From positions 930,001-994,000 of the forward strand of contig NW_026515671.1 in assembly GCF_025526975.1 (NCBI RefSeq): DNA of 64,000 nucleotides, in the 5' to 3' direction. Positions 36,567-49,327 of this stretch are shown piece after piece; the stretch's first letter is position 1, and each line of letters opens with the position of its first letter. The notes under the pieces were generated by a model. It was not told the DNA's origin, ran no database searches, and saw only the letters and a list, made by a program, of their open reading frames with translations. A program made the translations under genes and the position numbers. The stretch comes from Fimicolochytrium jonesii (Eukaryota).

Positions 36567-37546
36567 TGAAGTTCGCTCAGTCATCTGCTTCCTCTGCCGA
36601 CTACTGCTACGTGGCGGATCCATCAGAGCATCACCCATCACCGTTGCCTACCTCAGTGAAGGGATTTACGAGTCTGCCACCGTTAAAGCCAATAGCTTTC
36701 TTTGGGCGGAAGATGCAGTCCGCTGAAACACGTTACCCCATGCACGAACAAGAGCTACTTGCTTTGGTTAAGATCTGCAAGGCAAATAGGCATTACTTGC
36801 AGGATCGGACAAATGATCGCCCGTTTCGAGCGTTCACCGATCACGCTAGTTTGGTCTGGCTGCAGACACAGCCCTTCCTTAGCCATCGCCAAGCACGATG
36901 GGTTGATTTCCTGCAACAATTCAAATTTGATATTGAAAATCAACCTGGTCGTTGGAACACCGTCGCAGATGTAGTGAGTCGTAATCCTCATTATGCACCG
37001 CGCTGCGCCGAATGTAACAAGCGAGTTGAGATCGCTGCAGCCATGGGGATGTCCGTTGAGTGAATTCCTTTGGGGAATGTTACGCTTGAGGATTCAATAC
37101 AAACCTTGGAGTCTGATGAGTACTTTGCATCTCGGAAAGATCCTTTGTCACAGCCAAAGGAACGGCAGTCTACATTCGATCGACGTTTTTCGATCGATGA
37201 GCATGGTTATTTACTGTATCACGATAAGTTCTACGTGCCAGCTGCTTTACGAGGAACTGTATTGCAAGCGTACCACGACTCGTTGCTTTCTGGCTCGCAT
37301 ACGGGAGTACAAGGTACTTTGGGCAAGCTCCTACGCGAGTTTTACTGGCCCGATATGGACGCAGACGTGAGAAGGTACACCAAGACTTGTGGGTCTTGCC
37401 AAAGGTTCAAGTCGCCGAAGAATAAGCGTGTTGGCTTACTTTGTTCGCTCCCAATTCCCGACCGACGTTGGCACACGATGGGTATGGATCCTGTCTTGAT
37501 GCCAATAACACGGTCATGGGGGGGAAGGTGCATAGTGATGCGTTAG
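36567..37546 (+). mobile_element. Degraded gypsy RNase H-integrase fragment
   Basis: AETRYPMHEQELLALV, FTDHASL, YHDSLLSGSHTG...FYWPDM...CGSCQ (HHCC). Confidence 0.85.
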
Positions 37547-37687
37547 GAAGGAGTTCTTGCCTTCAGAGCTTTTAAGGAGAACGGAGTTTACACTATGAAG
37601 CCCCAACCTATCTCAAGATATGCCTACTCAGCTGGAGTACTCCGTAGTACCCCCTTCCATATCTGGCATCAGACACTGGGCATCTAA

Positions 37688-38556
37688 GGCGGACAATTTA
37701 CTCAACGCAAAATCAAGATTTCAGATGAGATTTTTTCGTTAAAAAGTCCATAAAAAGTGTGCAAACATCCCCTCAAAACGTACCGATCTTTGGTTCCGTC
37801 TCCCACCCTCTTACCAGCAGTCCTGCAACCTGGTTAGCGCTTTTGGCGCCAAGCGCAGATCCAGCCCTGGTCACCGAGATGGACCAATCAGAAGTCCATT
37901 TTCCTATGGGTTTTTGCAAGAGAGAGCGCACGGCCATCGAAAGTCAAAGTAGCTCCCGAGCACCATCGAGTTTCCAGGCTCCTCGCAGCTGGGCCAAAAA
38001 GTGGGGTAGGGTTAGGGCCCGTCCAAAACTCGTTGGGCCTCCCACAACAACCCTACCGCGAACGAGTGCTCTTGCATGCATATTCGTCCATATCCAGCCT
38101 ATATCCAAGCATACGCAGCGGTCCTGGCGCATATCCAGGCATATTCAGCCTATATCCAAGCATATGCAGCGGTCCTGGCGCATACCCAGGCATATCCAGC
38201 CCAAATCCAAGCATACGCGGCTCTCCGGGCGCATATCCAGGCATATCCAGCAGATCCCGGCACTCAGAACGCAGGTTCGGCCAGGATTGGCAGGATATGC
38301 TGCAGCGACAGCATCCATGATAGATGATGAATTTACTCCCCAATTGAAATGGCCATTGCTAATGCAAAACGAAGTGGGGTCTTTGCGATCGTTGACCCGA
38401 AAGACTGGTGAGTAAATTCTCAAATCGAAAATTTGCACTGGTTACCGAGAAATGAAATTGTGCCAAAGTTATTGCCTTTTTATCGTTTTTCTTGTCAATT
38501 ATGAACTCCATTATGAACTCAATTTCTCTAATGGATTGGTGAGTAAATTGTCCGCC
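37688..38556. mobile_element. 869-bp non-autonomous TIR element (PIF/Harbinger-like MITE)
   Basis: Perfect 17-bp TIR GGCGGACAATTTACTCA (37688-37704 / 38540-38556), TAA on both flanks. Confidence 0.85.
38090..38250. repeat. Three tandem 51-bp units built from ~10-bp GCATATCCAG subunits, inside the MITE
   Basis: Units start at 38090, 38141 and 38192. Confidence 0.88.
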
Positions 38557-38629
38557 TAAATGCCCAAGACGTACAAAAGCTTGCCAACTGCTACCAACAC
38601 GACATCAGGTTCACAGGACACCCTGATGG

Positions 38630-38995
38630 TCATATCTGCGAAGTCTGCACGCTCGCCAAGAACTGGGAGGCGTCGCGGATAGCATCTTTCACTTGCGCCT
38701 TCGGCCAAGTATTCTTGGGAGTATCGTCTTCTTTTCCCAGGATATCGCGCAGCGCCCGCAAATAAGTGGCAATGGCATTACAAAATGCCTTGGGACTCTT
38801 GTATTCGAATTCCTTCGCGAATTCTACCGGCGAGAAGACATCCTGCTTAAAGGCGTCTCGCAGAAAGAGCAGGCGCTCAGCGCCGACCCTGTCTGCTGCA
38901 TAATAAACGGAGATGGTAGGTGTCAGTTCTTGTCCATTTGCAGGAGGGTCGTCCAGCACATGCTCCTCCGGGGACAAAGGGCCAAGCCTAATCAT
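38630..38995 (-). CDS. Hypothetical protein or exon, unknown
   Basis: 121-aa ORF with globular-looking composition; no recognised motif. Confidence 0.3.
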   Translation of the reverse strand: MIRLGPLSPEEHVLDDPPANGQELTPTISVYYAADRVGAERLLFLRDAFKQDVFSPVEFAKEFEYKSPKAFCNAIATYLRALRDILGKEDDTPKNTWPKAQVKDAIRDASQFLASVQTSQI

Positions 38996-40258
38996 TCAAC
39001 CGGATCCACAATAATGGAGGTGTACGACAGTAGCTGCAACTTGAATGGACGGACAAAGCCCACCAACAAGTCGGCTAAAGCGCACTTGCAACCCCAACCG
39101 CATAAATGCAGAACCCTCCTCCGCGCGTGCTGCATCCCAGTTTCAACATAGTCAAGGTAGAACACAAGGGCTTCTACTCAAAGGACCGTGTGCCAGAGCA
39201 CACCCCCAGAGAGCACGCCAGAGCATTCCTACAGAGAGCCTTGCCACAAATTCGGCTGGCCAAACACGCGCGGGTTTATTGCGGAACCGAGCTATTTCGA
39301 TGCAAGCTATATCTCGAATCAAAGTCCTAGAACAAGGTCTGGTGCAACGCGCAGCGATAAACACGCCGTTCCATCCATCATTGCAAACTGAACCTCAGGA
39401 CCAAATGTGCGTTTCCTGGTGCGCCGCCCTCGCAAACTCGAGATTTGAACGGCCAAGCGTATGGCTTTTGTGCGCAAAGGCCCGACTGCGCCGCCCTCGC
39501 GGCCGAGTTTGTCGCCAGCGTTGCGCCGCCCTCGCCGAGCACCTACCTGCACCCAACCAGTGTTTGTTGTCCAGAGAAGTCCGTGGCGGAATGGTGGGTA
39601 CCACTATCTTGAGGGAAGATGGGCTGGGAGGTTGACGGGAACGGGCCCCAGTTCTGCACGCGTGTCCATACAGGGTCCTTGTCCACCCATTCGATGAGAC
39701 GCGCCTGTTCGAGTTTCTGTGTGCAGTTTCAAGCAGTTTTCAACACATAGAGCACAAACACCTTTTAATCATCTTGCCGGCACTTGATCCACCTCCAACC
39801 ATTGCAACAAGTCTAACAACCGTGTCCAACGCAATATCAAGCGAGCTGAACGTGACCCTTCCTGAGGCCCCAGGTGAAACACACAAAAGCAGCACCCGTT
39901 ACTATGAGCCGTATCTGCCGAATGGAAAATGTTGTATGATGGCGCGAAAGATGGGTTGATTTCCATCCCGGACCCAACGATTGACCAGGCCGAAGTAAGG
40001 TTGGGCGATCAGGTCGATTTGATCACTGAACTGTACGTATCAGACAAATACGGGGATCTTGGTGATAGATATTGCCAGGGCATAGGGTAGACATCCGCCG
40101 TCGCGGCATATCCCCCGCGTTGTTCAGACTAGGCACATGTAATCAACTCCTGACAATATCACAGTGAACCACGGTGCACGAAAAGGGGCGGAAAGCTTTC
40201 CTGGTCATTACTTTCAAGCAGCAGTTTATTCAATTATCTCAGAGGGATTCCTTCCCAC

Positions 40259-41125
40259 CTATTTGTTACGAGGTAGCAATGGGAAGAGGCAACTCACGAC
40301 CCGAGGGGGTGGAGCCCACAGGGCCGTTGCCACGCGTTTCCCTCACTTTTTCGAGTACCACTCCTTCACTTTCGGATGGGCGGCGAGCTTGTCACGCAGC
40401 TTGCAGATTCTATCGAATTGGTTTACCCAGGCCGGGTCTACGCCGTCCAGTAAGCCACTAGACATCCACCACATTGCGCCGTTGAGCTCCAAATCAGCGA
40501 TGGTGGGCTTGTCTCCGCCCAAGACGTAGCCTTTTTCGGACGAAAATTAGCAACATGAAGCCAGCAAAGATCGGGTTTCGAAATGGTAAACTGACATACC
40601 TGACGGATCCAGGCGGGCGTTGATCTTTTTGGTGAAAACAGTCAATTCGCCTTCAGGGCCGGTCAACTCTTGACGAGTCTTCACTTTCTTCTCAGCATCC
40701 GGCTCCCGCATTGTGGGTGAGATCTTTTTACCCAAATCTGGGAAGGGATGCGACGCAGGATCAGTAACAAGCGTGACGTGACGTGCGCACGGCTGAGCAG
40801 TCAACTAACCTTCACATGCGTTCAAAATCTCGTCCACTCGCAATGCTTTCAGAGGGTCCTCAACGGGATACAGGCCTGATTCAGGTGCTAGCCGGGCCAC
40901 ATACCGAAGAATGGCTTCGCTCTGAGCCGCCATGAATGTTTGGCCGTTTTCCGTGATTTCCAGAGTGGGAACTTGGCCGTATGGAGTCTTCTCTTTGAAA
41001 GCTGGCCATTCGCTCCTTGGGAGGCGCACATCCTCGAAGGGAATGCCTGCGATGGTAAGGGCAAGGCGAATTGATTCCGCTCGGGCACGGATGTCGAAAT
41101 ACGTCAGCTTGAGAGTGGGTGCCAT
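40259..41125 (-). CDS. Glutathione S-transferase (sigma-like), multi-exon
   Basis: LKLTYFDIRARAESIRLAL, TPYGQVPTL, QSEAILRY; downstream exon YVLGGDKPTIADL; GT-AG introns. Confidence 0.9.
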
Positions 41126-42095
41126 CTTGGAGAAGGATTGTCAATGGATTACGATCGATTCAAAGACGGGAAGATTTTGAGCGATTGCGCCTGGGGAATA
41201 AGGCCAGTACGCCGCTTATATAGGACTTTTCTGCAGTCATTTCCCCTACAGCCGAGAAAAAAAGGTGCGCTGGCAGACTACTAGGAATCCGATATGTAAT
41301 TACTCAGCGAGGCGGGCCCTTGTGACCTTGAGGTCAAATTTCCAGGTTCCATCAAGTTCCAATCCGAACGCGTGCGACCCCCAATTACGCGTCCGACCGA
41401 CCCCACACCGTCCGCCACAAACGTGGCACCAACCCCCACGCGGAGAACTCCGAGTCCGAGATAATCCATTCAATGACGGCAGCCGAACAAATCCGACACC
41501 GTGCCCCCCGACTCCGCCCAGTGCCCACAACGGAAGCCGTTGATGGACGAAACGGCTCATGAGGACGAAACGGCGCAACAACATGTTTCCTATGCAACTC
41601 ACATCACGGAATCATTCGCCTGGCGCAAGGACTCGCATGTGCTACTACTCCTTATGGAATGCAATTTTGTACACTGCAATGATAGAATAACCCCAGTAGT
41701 GGCCAGCGATTGGGGGGAGGGGGGAGGTTCGCGATATATTGGGGAACTGGCCCTCAAAAAAACACACTTTGTGACCCAGCAGAATGGGTTGACAAGGGTC
41801 GGCCTTCACCGTACCGCTTGGCTTGATTTAAGCAGTGTATCCCTAGCCCGGGTGACGGGGCCATTCCGCAGATTACAACATCCCGCGTCGCCCAAACTTC
41901 CAGGGTGCTGGCTCAACACAGCCCGTCAAAGTCAAAATGGTTTGGATTTAAGGTTAACAGAACGTGGTCCCCTTGAGTGATTGGCAAGCAGACGCCGAGA
42001 TTTGTTGAAATAAGTGCCGTTAGAGAAGGGAGCGTCACGTACCCCGGGCAGATTGGCATTACTCGCAGAATTCGTACTCGACAGCACAACATCCG

Positions 42096-43170
42096 ATGGG
42101 TCCAAACAAAGCAGGAGCAGGTCCATCGAACCGGCGTGGGTCATCCTTTGCCGATGCGTACAAACCGCCGTCTCGAGTAATGTAAGTGACTCGAATGTCG
42201 ACAGCTCCGCCCAGCCATTCACTGAGCTGCTGGCTGATAGTATTCACCACCAGATTCGACAAGTTCGACACAGATTCATCGGGTACCATCAATGTTCGTG
42301 AGTTCCGAGATCTATGTTACGACATGGGGTACTTCCTGTCGGACAAGGAGCTATCGATGGCGATAAAGCTGCTGGATGTAGATGGGAACGGAGAGATTAG
42401 TTACGGCGAATGTGAGTGACCGCGGATGCTTGTGGAACTCTGCTCATTCTCTGAAAATCTACATGTCGTCAATGTCCCCCTCATCTTGCATTTATCGTCG
42501 TTCGGAAGTCATAAATTGGTGGCAACGCGAAGATCGGTTCGCAGCTTTGAAGCTGTCCCAGGGGGAGTTAGCCGAATTGACAGAAATCAGCACAGAGTTT
42601 CAACGGTACGTTCAAGACGCCAAGATTCCGGTCAGATGCTAGGCCGGCCCTGCGAGTCCAAATTCTGAGGGCATCGCATATTTCCTGACGACGAGGATGC
42701 ACGAAGCACGGCCTCGATGGGAATGCACTAGCAGAGATGGAGTCACTGGCGATACAATCCGTTTTTCAGCCAAGAGCTGACTGCGTTTGATTCTATCATT
42801 TGCAGATTCGACAAAGATCATAGCGGATGCATCGATGTGCGCGAATTCCGGATGCTGTATGCTGATCTCGTAAAACGACATATGACCAAGAAGACTCTTG
42901 CAGGGACCTTAGAGGTATGATGCGCGGGGCGTCTGTGCCACATTAGGGGGAGCTGCTTGATTGGGACCCATATTGACTCCAGGGCCCAAATCTTCCGAAC
43001 CAAAGGAGCTAGACCATAATCGCGACGGAAAAGTATCGTTCAACGAATACGTCAACTGGGTGATAAGTCAAAGGCGGTCCGGAGACCATGCAGTGGACGC
43101 AAAGCTCGATCCGCTTTCATCTACGACAAGTTCGCGAAGGCCCTCGGATACCAAGCAACTCGCACAGTAA
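42096..43170 (+). CDS. EF-hand calcium-binding protein (4 EF loops), multi-exon
   Basis: DTDSSGTINVREF, DVDGNGEISYGE, DKDHSGCIDVREF, DHNRDGKVSFNEY; exact exon borders partly uncertain. Confidence 0.85.
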
Positions 43171-43310
43171 TTAGACACCCAAATACCACTGCTGGTGTAT
43201 ATTGCACAATCTGGCCCTGTCCTCCGCAGCCCATTTACATCATGTTCGCATCAGAATAGATATTTCGTATTCTCGCCCTTTCGTTTCGGATCACCCCCGA
43301 ACGCCACACG

Positions 43311-45026
43311 TTATCTGCCCCTCTGAGACATGGACAGACAGTTCCCACCATCAGATGATGACTCCCTTATCTGCCATCCATTGAGTTGTCTTCTTCTGCA
43401 GGCCTTCTCCGATAACGGCTCTGATACTGCATCAGCGGCTGTTCTTGGGCCCATTCGAACAGTGTTTGCAGCTGCGGAATGGGTAAGGCCAACGCATGTC
43501 CGTCCACATCTGGGAAATGATCAAATCAGAACGCCAGACTGATCCAATCGGTAGTGAAGTCGGAGCAATATACCTTCATCAATTGGCGCATCCGTACATA
43601 GCCGATGCACGATTCTGATAGAAGAATGTGAGAGCGCAGTGGCCGACGTGATTCGCCGAAACTCACTTATTCGGACATCTGAATACATTGCAAAGGTGCA
43701 TAAGCCTTTGCCTCAAAGGTGATTCCTTCCCTACTGTTCTCCGCGAGAATGTGTCTCACCGTTGATGTAAACAATGTCGCCTACTTCCAGCATGTCCAAC
43801 CATCTTGTGTTCGCTCTCCAGAGTGTAATAGGGAAGAACGGAACGGTATGATCCGCCACCAAAACCGAGGTAACGGGCACAGATGCGCCATCTATCGACA
43901 TGTGTTTCACCACATGAAGCTGCGTCACGACAGCTAATATGGCGCACCGTGTGTTTATGCGACAGCTTGAAAGATTTGTTGCGGGAAGAAGCGCGGAACG
44001 GACGGGTTGGAGGGTGGACTGCAATGGCAGAACAAAGTCTCGTCTGGTTGGAGGGTTCTGATGCTGTCGTCGCGCAGAATGCCCGCTCGTACTGCTCGCC
44101 ATTGAAGCCAGTTGCGACTCAGTGGGAGCATGTGGTAAAGGGAAGGGATCGGACTCTCTGTTGGAAGCAGCGGCATCGTTATCCTTGATTCCATTTGACG
44201 CTCGATGTGTAGCCCGGTTGAAGCCTCCATTTATCAACGCTGCTTGCGAGTCAAAGGTAGGCAAAGTGGTGCTGATGGAGTCCATCCTTTCCTGTGAAGT
44301 TGTAGGAAGGATAATCGTCACTGAAGACGCGATTGAGGCAAGATGGACAGAGGTGGGACCCGTGCTTTCGGAATGTGTATCCACACCATCAACTAGTGCT
44401 GGGTTTGAGATCCCCAGAGATTTGATGTCCCGTTCATTCGGCAAACTAGCGTGCAGAGAAGCTGATCCTTGTTGTATCTCAAGGTGATGATGCATGGGGT
44501 GTGAGGCAAGGATGCTCGCCCCAAAATCATTTTCGTTGACGAGACTATCTCGATTGTTTGCCCCGAACAGCCCATCAAACAGAGAGTTCCAGTATAAGCT
44601 CAAAGTGTGCTGAAGCAATTCCTCCGTAGGCTCTGTACCAACATGGAGCTCAAGAGCTGTCGGGTTGACGTGTTCAGCGGACATTGTATCGTTGACTTCC
44701 ACGCAAAGAGGAAAGTGGTTGTTGAACCCAGCAAGCGACTCGATTTGCTCTCTGTTCTGAAGTTCTGAGCTCCAATGATGCTTCTGAAGAAGATTTGCTG
44801 GGAAGTACGGGCTTTCCACCAAACTGTAGCGAACGGCTCGGACAACGGGGGACCACTCCTGAGATGCAGGCTGCAAAGCGCCGCTGTCTTCAAACGTGTA
44901 ATCCTCATATGACACAAGCGGACCATTACCGAGTAGTTCGCCTGTATGTTCTGATGGTATTTCTTGTTCAGGGAGCGAACCGATGCTAATGCTTGGCGGG
45001 AGGAACAGGCGGAATCTCCGGGTCAT
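43311..45026 (-). CDS. Protein with a long disordered N-terminus and a C-terminal OB-fold (SHLD2/RPA-like)
   Basis: AILAVVTQL...VLVADHTVPFFPITLW...LEVGDIVYI OB-fold pattern; intron begins near 43757; 3' end approximate. Confidence 0.55.
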
Positions 45027-45669
45027 CGTGAGGTTCTTCCAGTACGCAACCCCGTTTGATGACAACCCACATTGCGACAGCACTGACTGCCACACCGCAA
45101 GCCAAGGCGACAAACGGCGCTGAGCAGCGAGCAGATCCCTTTCCTAAAAGGGAGTTTGTACGGGAATGTCCATGCGCCTTGCACCTCTTGGGTTTGCAGA
45201 TGTCACGGAAAAAGCTGCGGGGGACTGTTAAGAGTTTCGGTTAGATGAGGTGTGACGTGCTGGCTTACGCATCTCCGAAAAAGTCGCCTTTCACGCGTGT
45301 GTTTCGCGTTTCCGCTGGTCCTTCCCACTTTGGTCTTCTCACAACCTTCGCAATAGATCGGGGGCGTGCTAGGTCAGCTGCTGCAGCGGCGGCATCCTCC
45401 TTGATCGGATATAGTCCGAGTGCTCTCCTCAGATCTTTCTACAATTATAATACAAGTCCACCATTATACAAACATGCGTTTACTGTCCGGCATTGTCTTT
45501 GGAAAACTGGACACGACACAACACACGTTACGTCCTGCGAGCGACACACATACAAATACACAACGTATGTCAGAAGAGCCACGAGAGACGATAAAGGAAT
45601 CTCCTTCGATGCTGATTAGGTTCTCAGGATATGTAGTACTTCCTTCACTGTCCTTCCTGCTTTGACGAT

Positions 45670-48393
45670 TCAAAGAATCTTAGGCCCGAGGCTGTACATC
45701 AACTCGATGCCGTGCAGCGCGCGGGCCTCGTCCAGGGCAGCGGCTAGTGTTTTCCGGGGTGGCATATCGAAGTGAAGATTTGAATGGAAGATGGGAAAGA
45801 AATGGGACGACATGCCATGAGTATCACGAGGAAAGCTGTAAACAGTAAAACCCCGGCCATCCCGGTCACGCAAGCGGCCACTTACGACATTGACAAAGCC
45901 TTGCACACGCAATCGCCAGGTTCTTCTTGGCCTTGAGATCGCGGATCGTGTCGTCCCGCAGTAAGTGCACGATATGCGTCGTGGCGCCGAGGCGATGGAG
46001 TTGTTTTGCGGAGGTGGCTGTTTTGGAGTGGGAAGTTTCGTGAGATTGGCCGGAGAAGCGAAGCAACAAAAGAAAAACGTACCAGTCTTTGCACACTCCC
46101 CTACACATAGCGCCGCATTTCCGAGGATTTTCTCATCCCTCTCCGCAGGTTTCACTCCCCTCGCACGCTCCAACACGCCCACTAACGCTTCGAACCCGCC
46201 CATCTTGCGCCACTCGACTGCTTTGCTCTCGCCAGATGCCAGCCATGCGGCAAGGAGTTGCAGCGACAGGGCCTGCTGCTGGTGATGCTGTTGGATGAGC
46301 TGGAGCATCGGCACGTCGTCCCACCACCCATCCAGGGTGGATATGATGTCGTCCCGATGGGAAGCGAGGAGACGCGTCAGCACGCGGAGTGCGAGGGTTG
46401 TAAGGTGTGTATGTGTTGCTGATGGTGTATCTGTGGCCTTCGGCTGGGCTATTAGGACGTGGACCAGCCGGACGTGAATCGCATGCCGACGGAGCAGCGC
46501 CGCTATGATTTTTTGTGCGTCGTCGTCGGTTGGGAGGTTCAGGAGCGCGTTGTGGGTCGTTGCCAGAAGGACGGATACGAGGTCTGGGTTGGATGTGGAA
46601 GTCGGGGAGGTTGAGGTTGGGGTCGGGGTTTGGGGCGTGCGCTCAGGTGTGGGAAGGTACACCGTGAGATTCGTCCACATTGCATCAAGAAGCGATTTGT
46701 AGTGTTGAGAGAACGCGGCGGCTGCCGCTTTCGGCGACCCGGCGAGGGCATCGATGAGAAGGCATGCATTGGTGACCACCGCGGGGTCGTGTCTGGGCTT
46801 CTTATCGTCTGCTTTCGAGTCGTCCGCTTTTTGCTCTTCAGCTAAATTTGCCTTATCAACTCTCAAGTAAGACGGCAACTCCCCCAGCAACTTCTCGGGG
46901 CCCAAGCCCCACGCCACGCTAACGGCCCGCCATCCCGCCGGTCCCTCCTTCACAACACGCGTCAGAAACTCCAACAGAGCCTCTACAACCAGCTTTGTCG
47001 TGCTCGCCTCATGCAGAAACTTCAAAACCAACTTCCCAAACGCCTTTCCGTCAACCTGCGTATCTCCATCAGAGTTTGCCATCCCGCAAACAGCACGCAC
47101 ACCTTCTTCCTCTCGCACAACAAGCCTCAACACTTCCACCGCGGTTTCGACTGTCTCGACACGCGGACTTTGCATGCGCATCATCGTGTTGACGATCGCG
47201 CCGACGTGTTTCGCGAGTGCGCGTCGGTTGACTGATGAGGTCCGCGCAGAGGCGCCCATGACAGGGAGGATCAGATCAATTGAGGTTGGTGTTAGCACGG
47301 CGGTGTCGGACAGGAGGATTGGGTAGGCGTTAGTCGCACGGAAAGCGTCGGCGACCAGCGGCGAGGCTTCGACAAGTCGAGTGAGTCGCGTGGAGGAGGC
47401 ATGGGCGGCGGCATGCGCTTTATTCGTACTGTTGGGTGGAGACCCAGCGATTGCGCGTAGTGTTTCAGCAAACGCGGTGACGAGCTCCTGCAGGACCGTA
47501 AACGACCCGTCGGCCGTCAACTCCTCCTTCAACTTCTTCTCCTCGCTCTCGTCCGCAAGCTCACGCTCCAACACCGCGAGCAGCCCACGCACCTCCGCCT
47601 CCGACACCCCCGGATCCGTCACGTTCGCTCTATCCTTCCTCAACTGGCCCATCCGCGACGTCAACCCCGCGAAATCGTCAATCAGCCCCTGCAGCGCAAA
47701 TGCGTCTTTCTTGGCCTGTTCGTATTGTCGCAGGGCACGGTACGCTTCCGCGCGCCGCCATAGTGCTTTGCTGCATCGTGGGTTGAGCTCCAGCGCGTAA
47801 GTGCAGTCGGCGACGCAGAGAGTGTATGCGCCAAGCCGGAAGTGTGCGAGCGCGCGGTTGGTGTAGAGGGTTATGGCAGTGTCATCGGACGGGTCCGTTG
47901 TGTCGCTGTGCGATGGTTGGACTTTTCGCCGGGCAGCGGCGGCCAGGGCGAGCGTGTATGCGGACACGGCATCCGCGTACTTTTTCTGCTTGAAGAACGC
48001 GTTACCGTCCGCGCGGTGCTGGGCTGCTTCCGCTTTGGCCTTTTCGTCATTTGAGATCTCCTTCGTTTTGCTGCCTTCTTTGTCCGCTCTTGAACCACTC
48101 ATCAGAATCTTCCCCGCGACGCCACTCACAGGCTCTGCAGACTCAGCCGCCACATTATCGAGCGCCTTCATGTCAACCGTCGCACTGTGGATGCTCTCCA
48201 GCTGCTGTTTAGCCCACTGCTTATCCGCATCTGGCAGCTTCCCGGTGAGGATGTCATTCATCTGTCCAGCTAGTGAGAGGATGCGTGAGATTTGGTCGTT
48301 TTTCAGCAAAGCGCCGATATGGAACGTACTGTAGTTCTCGACGAAAGCCTCAAACTCGTCCAGCTCCGCCGTGAGTTTGTTAAGTGCTTCCAT
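45670..48393 (-). CDS. TPR + armadillo-repeat protein, TTC12-like (two introns near the 3' end)
   Basis: GNAFFKQKKYADAVSAYT, LYTNRALAH, KALWRRAEAY TPRs; LGNAALCV, KNLAIACARL, LHGIELM C-terminal motifs. Confidence 0.8.
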   Translation of the reverse strand: MEALNKLTAELDEFEAFVENYSTFHIGALLKNDQISRILSLAGQMNDILTGKLPDADKQWAKQQLESIHSATVDMKALDNVAAESAEPVSGVAGKILMSGSRADKEGSKTKEISNDEKAKAEAAQHRADGNAFFKQKKYADAVSAYTLALAAAARRKVQPSHSDTTDPSDDTAITLYTNRALAHFRLGAYTLCVADCTYALELNPRCSKALWRRAEAYRALRQYEQAKKDAFALQGLIDDFAGLTSRMGQLRKDRANVTDPGVSEAEVRGLLAVLERELADESEEKKLKEELTADGSFTVLQELVTAFAETLRAIAGSPPNSTNKAHAAAHASSTRLTRLVEASPLVADAFRATNAYPILLSDTAVLTPTSIDLILPVMGASARTSSVNRRALAKHVGAIVNTMMRMQSPRVETVETAVEVLRLVVREEEGVRAVCGMANSDGDTQVDGKAFGKLVLKFLHEASTTKLVVEALLEFLTRVVKEGPAGWRAVSVAWGLGPEKLLGELPSYLRVDKANLAEEQKADDSKADDKKPRHDPAVVTNACLLIDALAGSPKAAAAAFSQHYKSLLDAMWTNLTVYLPTPERTPQTPTPTSTSPTSTSNPDLVSVLLATTHNALLNLPTDDDAQKIIAALLRRHAIHVRLVHVLIAQPKATDTPSATHTHLTTLALRVLTRLLASHRDDIISTLDGWWDDVPMLQLIQQHHQQQALSLQLLAAWLASGESKAVEWRKMGGFEALVGVLERARGVKPAERDEKILGNAALCVGECAKTGTFFFCCFASPANLTKLPTPKQPPPQNNSIASAPRRISCTYCGTTRSAISRPRRTWRLRVQGFVNVVSGRLRDRDGRGFTVYSFPRDTHGMSSHFFPIFHSNLHFDMPPRKTLAAALDEARALHGIELMYSLGPKIL

Positions 48394-48859
48394 TGTGATC
48401 GTCTGTTTCTGCGCTCGCCCAGTATGTTTCCGGATGGTGGCGATTCTGGGTATAGTGGTATGGTTGCTTTCCTAATCAAAAGAGAATAACCACATCGATA
48501 GCACTGCCGCGTGAACTTTCCTGCTATCTACGCAGGTTCGCGGTATGTCTTCTGAAGCTCCTCCGCGAAAAGTAGTTCATGGAGCACCAGGGCAAGGGCC
48601 GAAAAACGCGTGAAGAGGGAAAACGGGCGTCGTGGCTGCGCATTTTTCATCCTGGCGGAACGCGTTGGAACTTGCGCTTCGAAAAGGGGCCCAAACAACC
48701 AGCTAACTGGCCAGGACGGGCGGAAGGACCGACGGCGTATTAAAGGTACGGGGTTGCTCTGTCTCCGCTCCTCTCTATATTCACTCATCCATAATCCATT
48801 CGTTACTCTTAAGACTGCTTTCCAACGTACCTGCCGTATCACATCCACAAATACCCACA

Positions 48860-49327
48860 ATGGCAAGCGTAACCCCCAAACTCACGCTCGGCATCCACCC
48901 ACAGTCCCTCTCCATTCACCGTTTCACCCCAATCGCACACAATATCTCCCTCGCCGCTGGGCTCCTCGCCACCGCAAGCCAACCAACCTATGCCCCGCTG
49001 GCCTCCCTCACCATCACATCCGACGAAGTCTCCGTCATCCTTCCTTCATCCCTCGCCCTCCCCTCCGGAGAATCACATGGCGCCCCACAAGGAGAGATAA
49101 AGACGGAAGGTGACTGGATTGCCGTGCAAGTCGCCGGCACGCTGGATTTCGCATTGGTGGGCATTCTTGCGTATCTGACTGCTCCGTTGAAGGAGGCTGG
49201 TGTGAGCGTGTTTTGTGTTAGCACATATGATACGGATTGGATTCTGATTAAGGAGGATAAAGTGGAGGAGGCGAAGGCGGCTTGGGAGAGGGTTGGATGT
49301 AAGGTTGTTGACGCTCAGAGCTTGTAG
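48860..49327 (+). CDS. ACT-domain protein (CASTOR/ACT_7-like)
   Basis: SLTITSDEVSVI; VAGTLDFALVGILA..L..AGVSVFCVSTYDTDWILIK. Confidence 0.88.
   Translation: MASVTPKLTLGIHPQSLSIHRFTPIAHNISLAAGLLATASQPTYAPLASLTITSDEVSVILPSSLALPSGESHGAPQGEIKTEGDWIAVQVAGTLDFALVGILAYLTAPLKEAGVSVFCVSTYDTDWILIKEDKVEEAKAAWERVGCKVVDAQSL

Noticed and set aside
37759..38415. 218-aa ORF with repeats
   Set aside because: Arises from the tandem repeats inside the MITE; no transposase motifs
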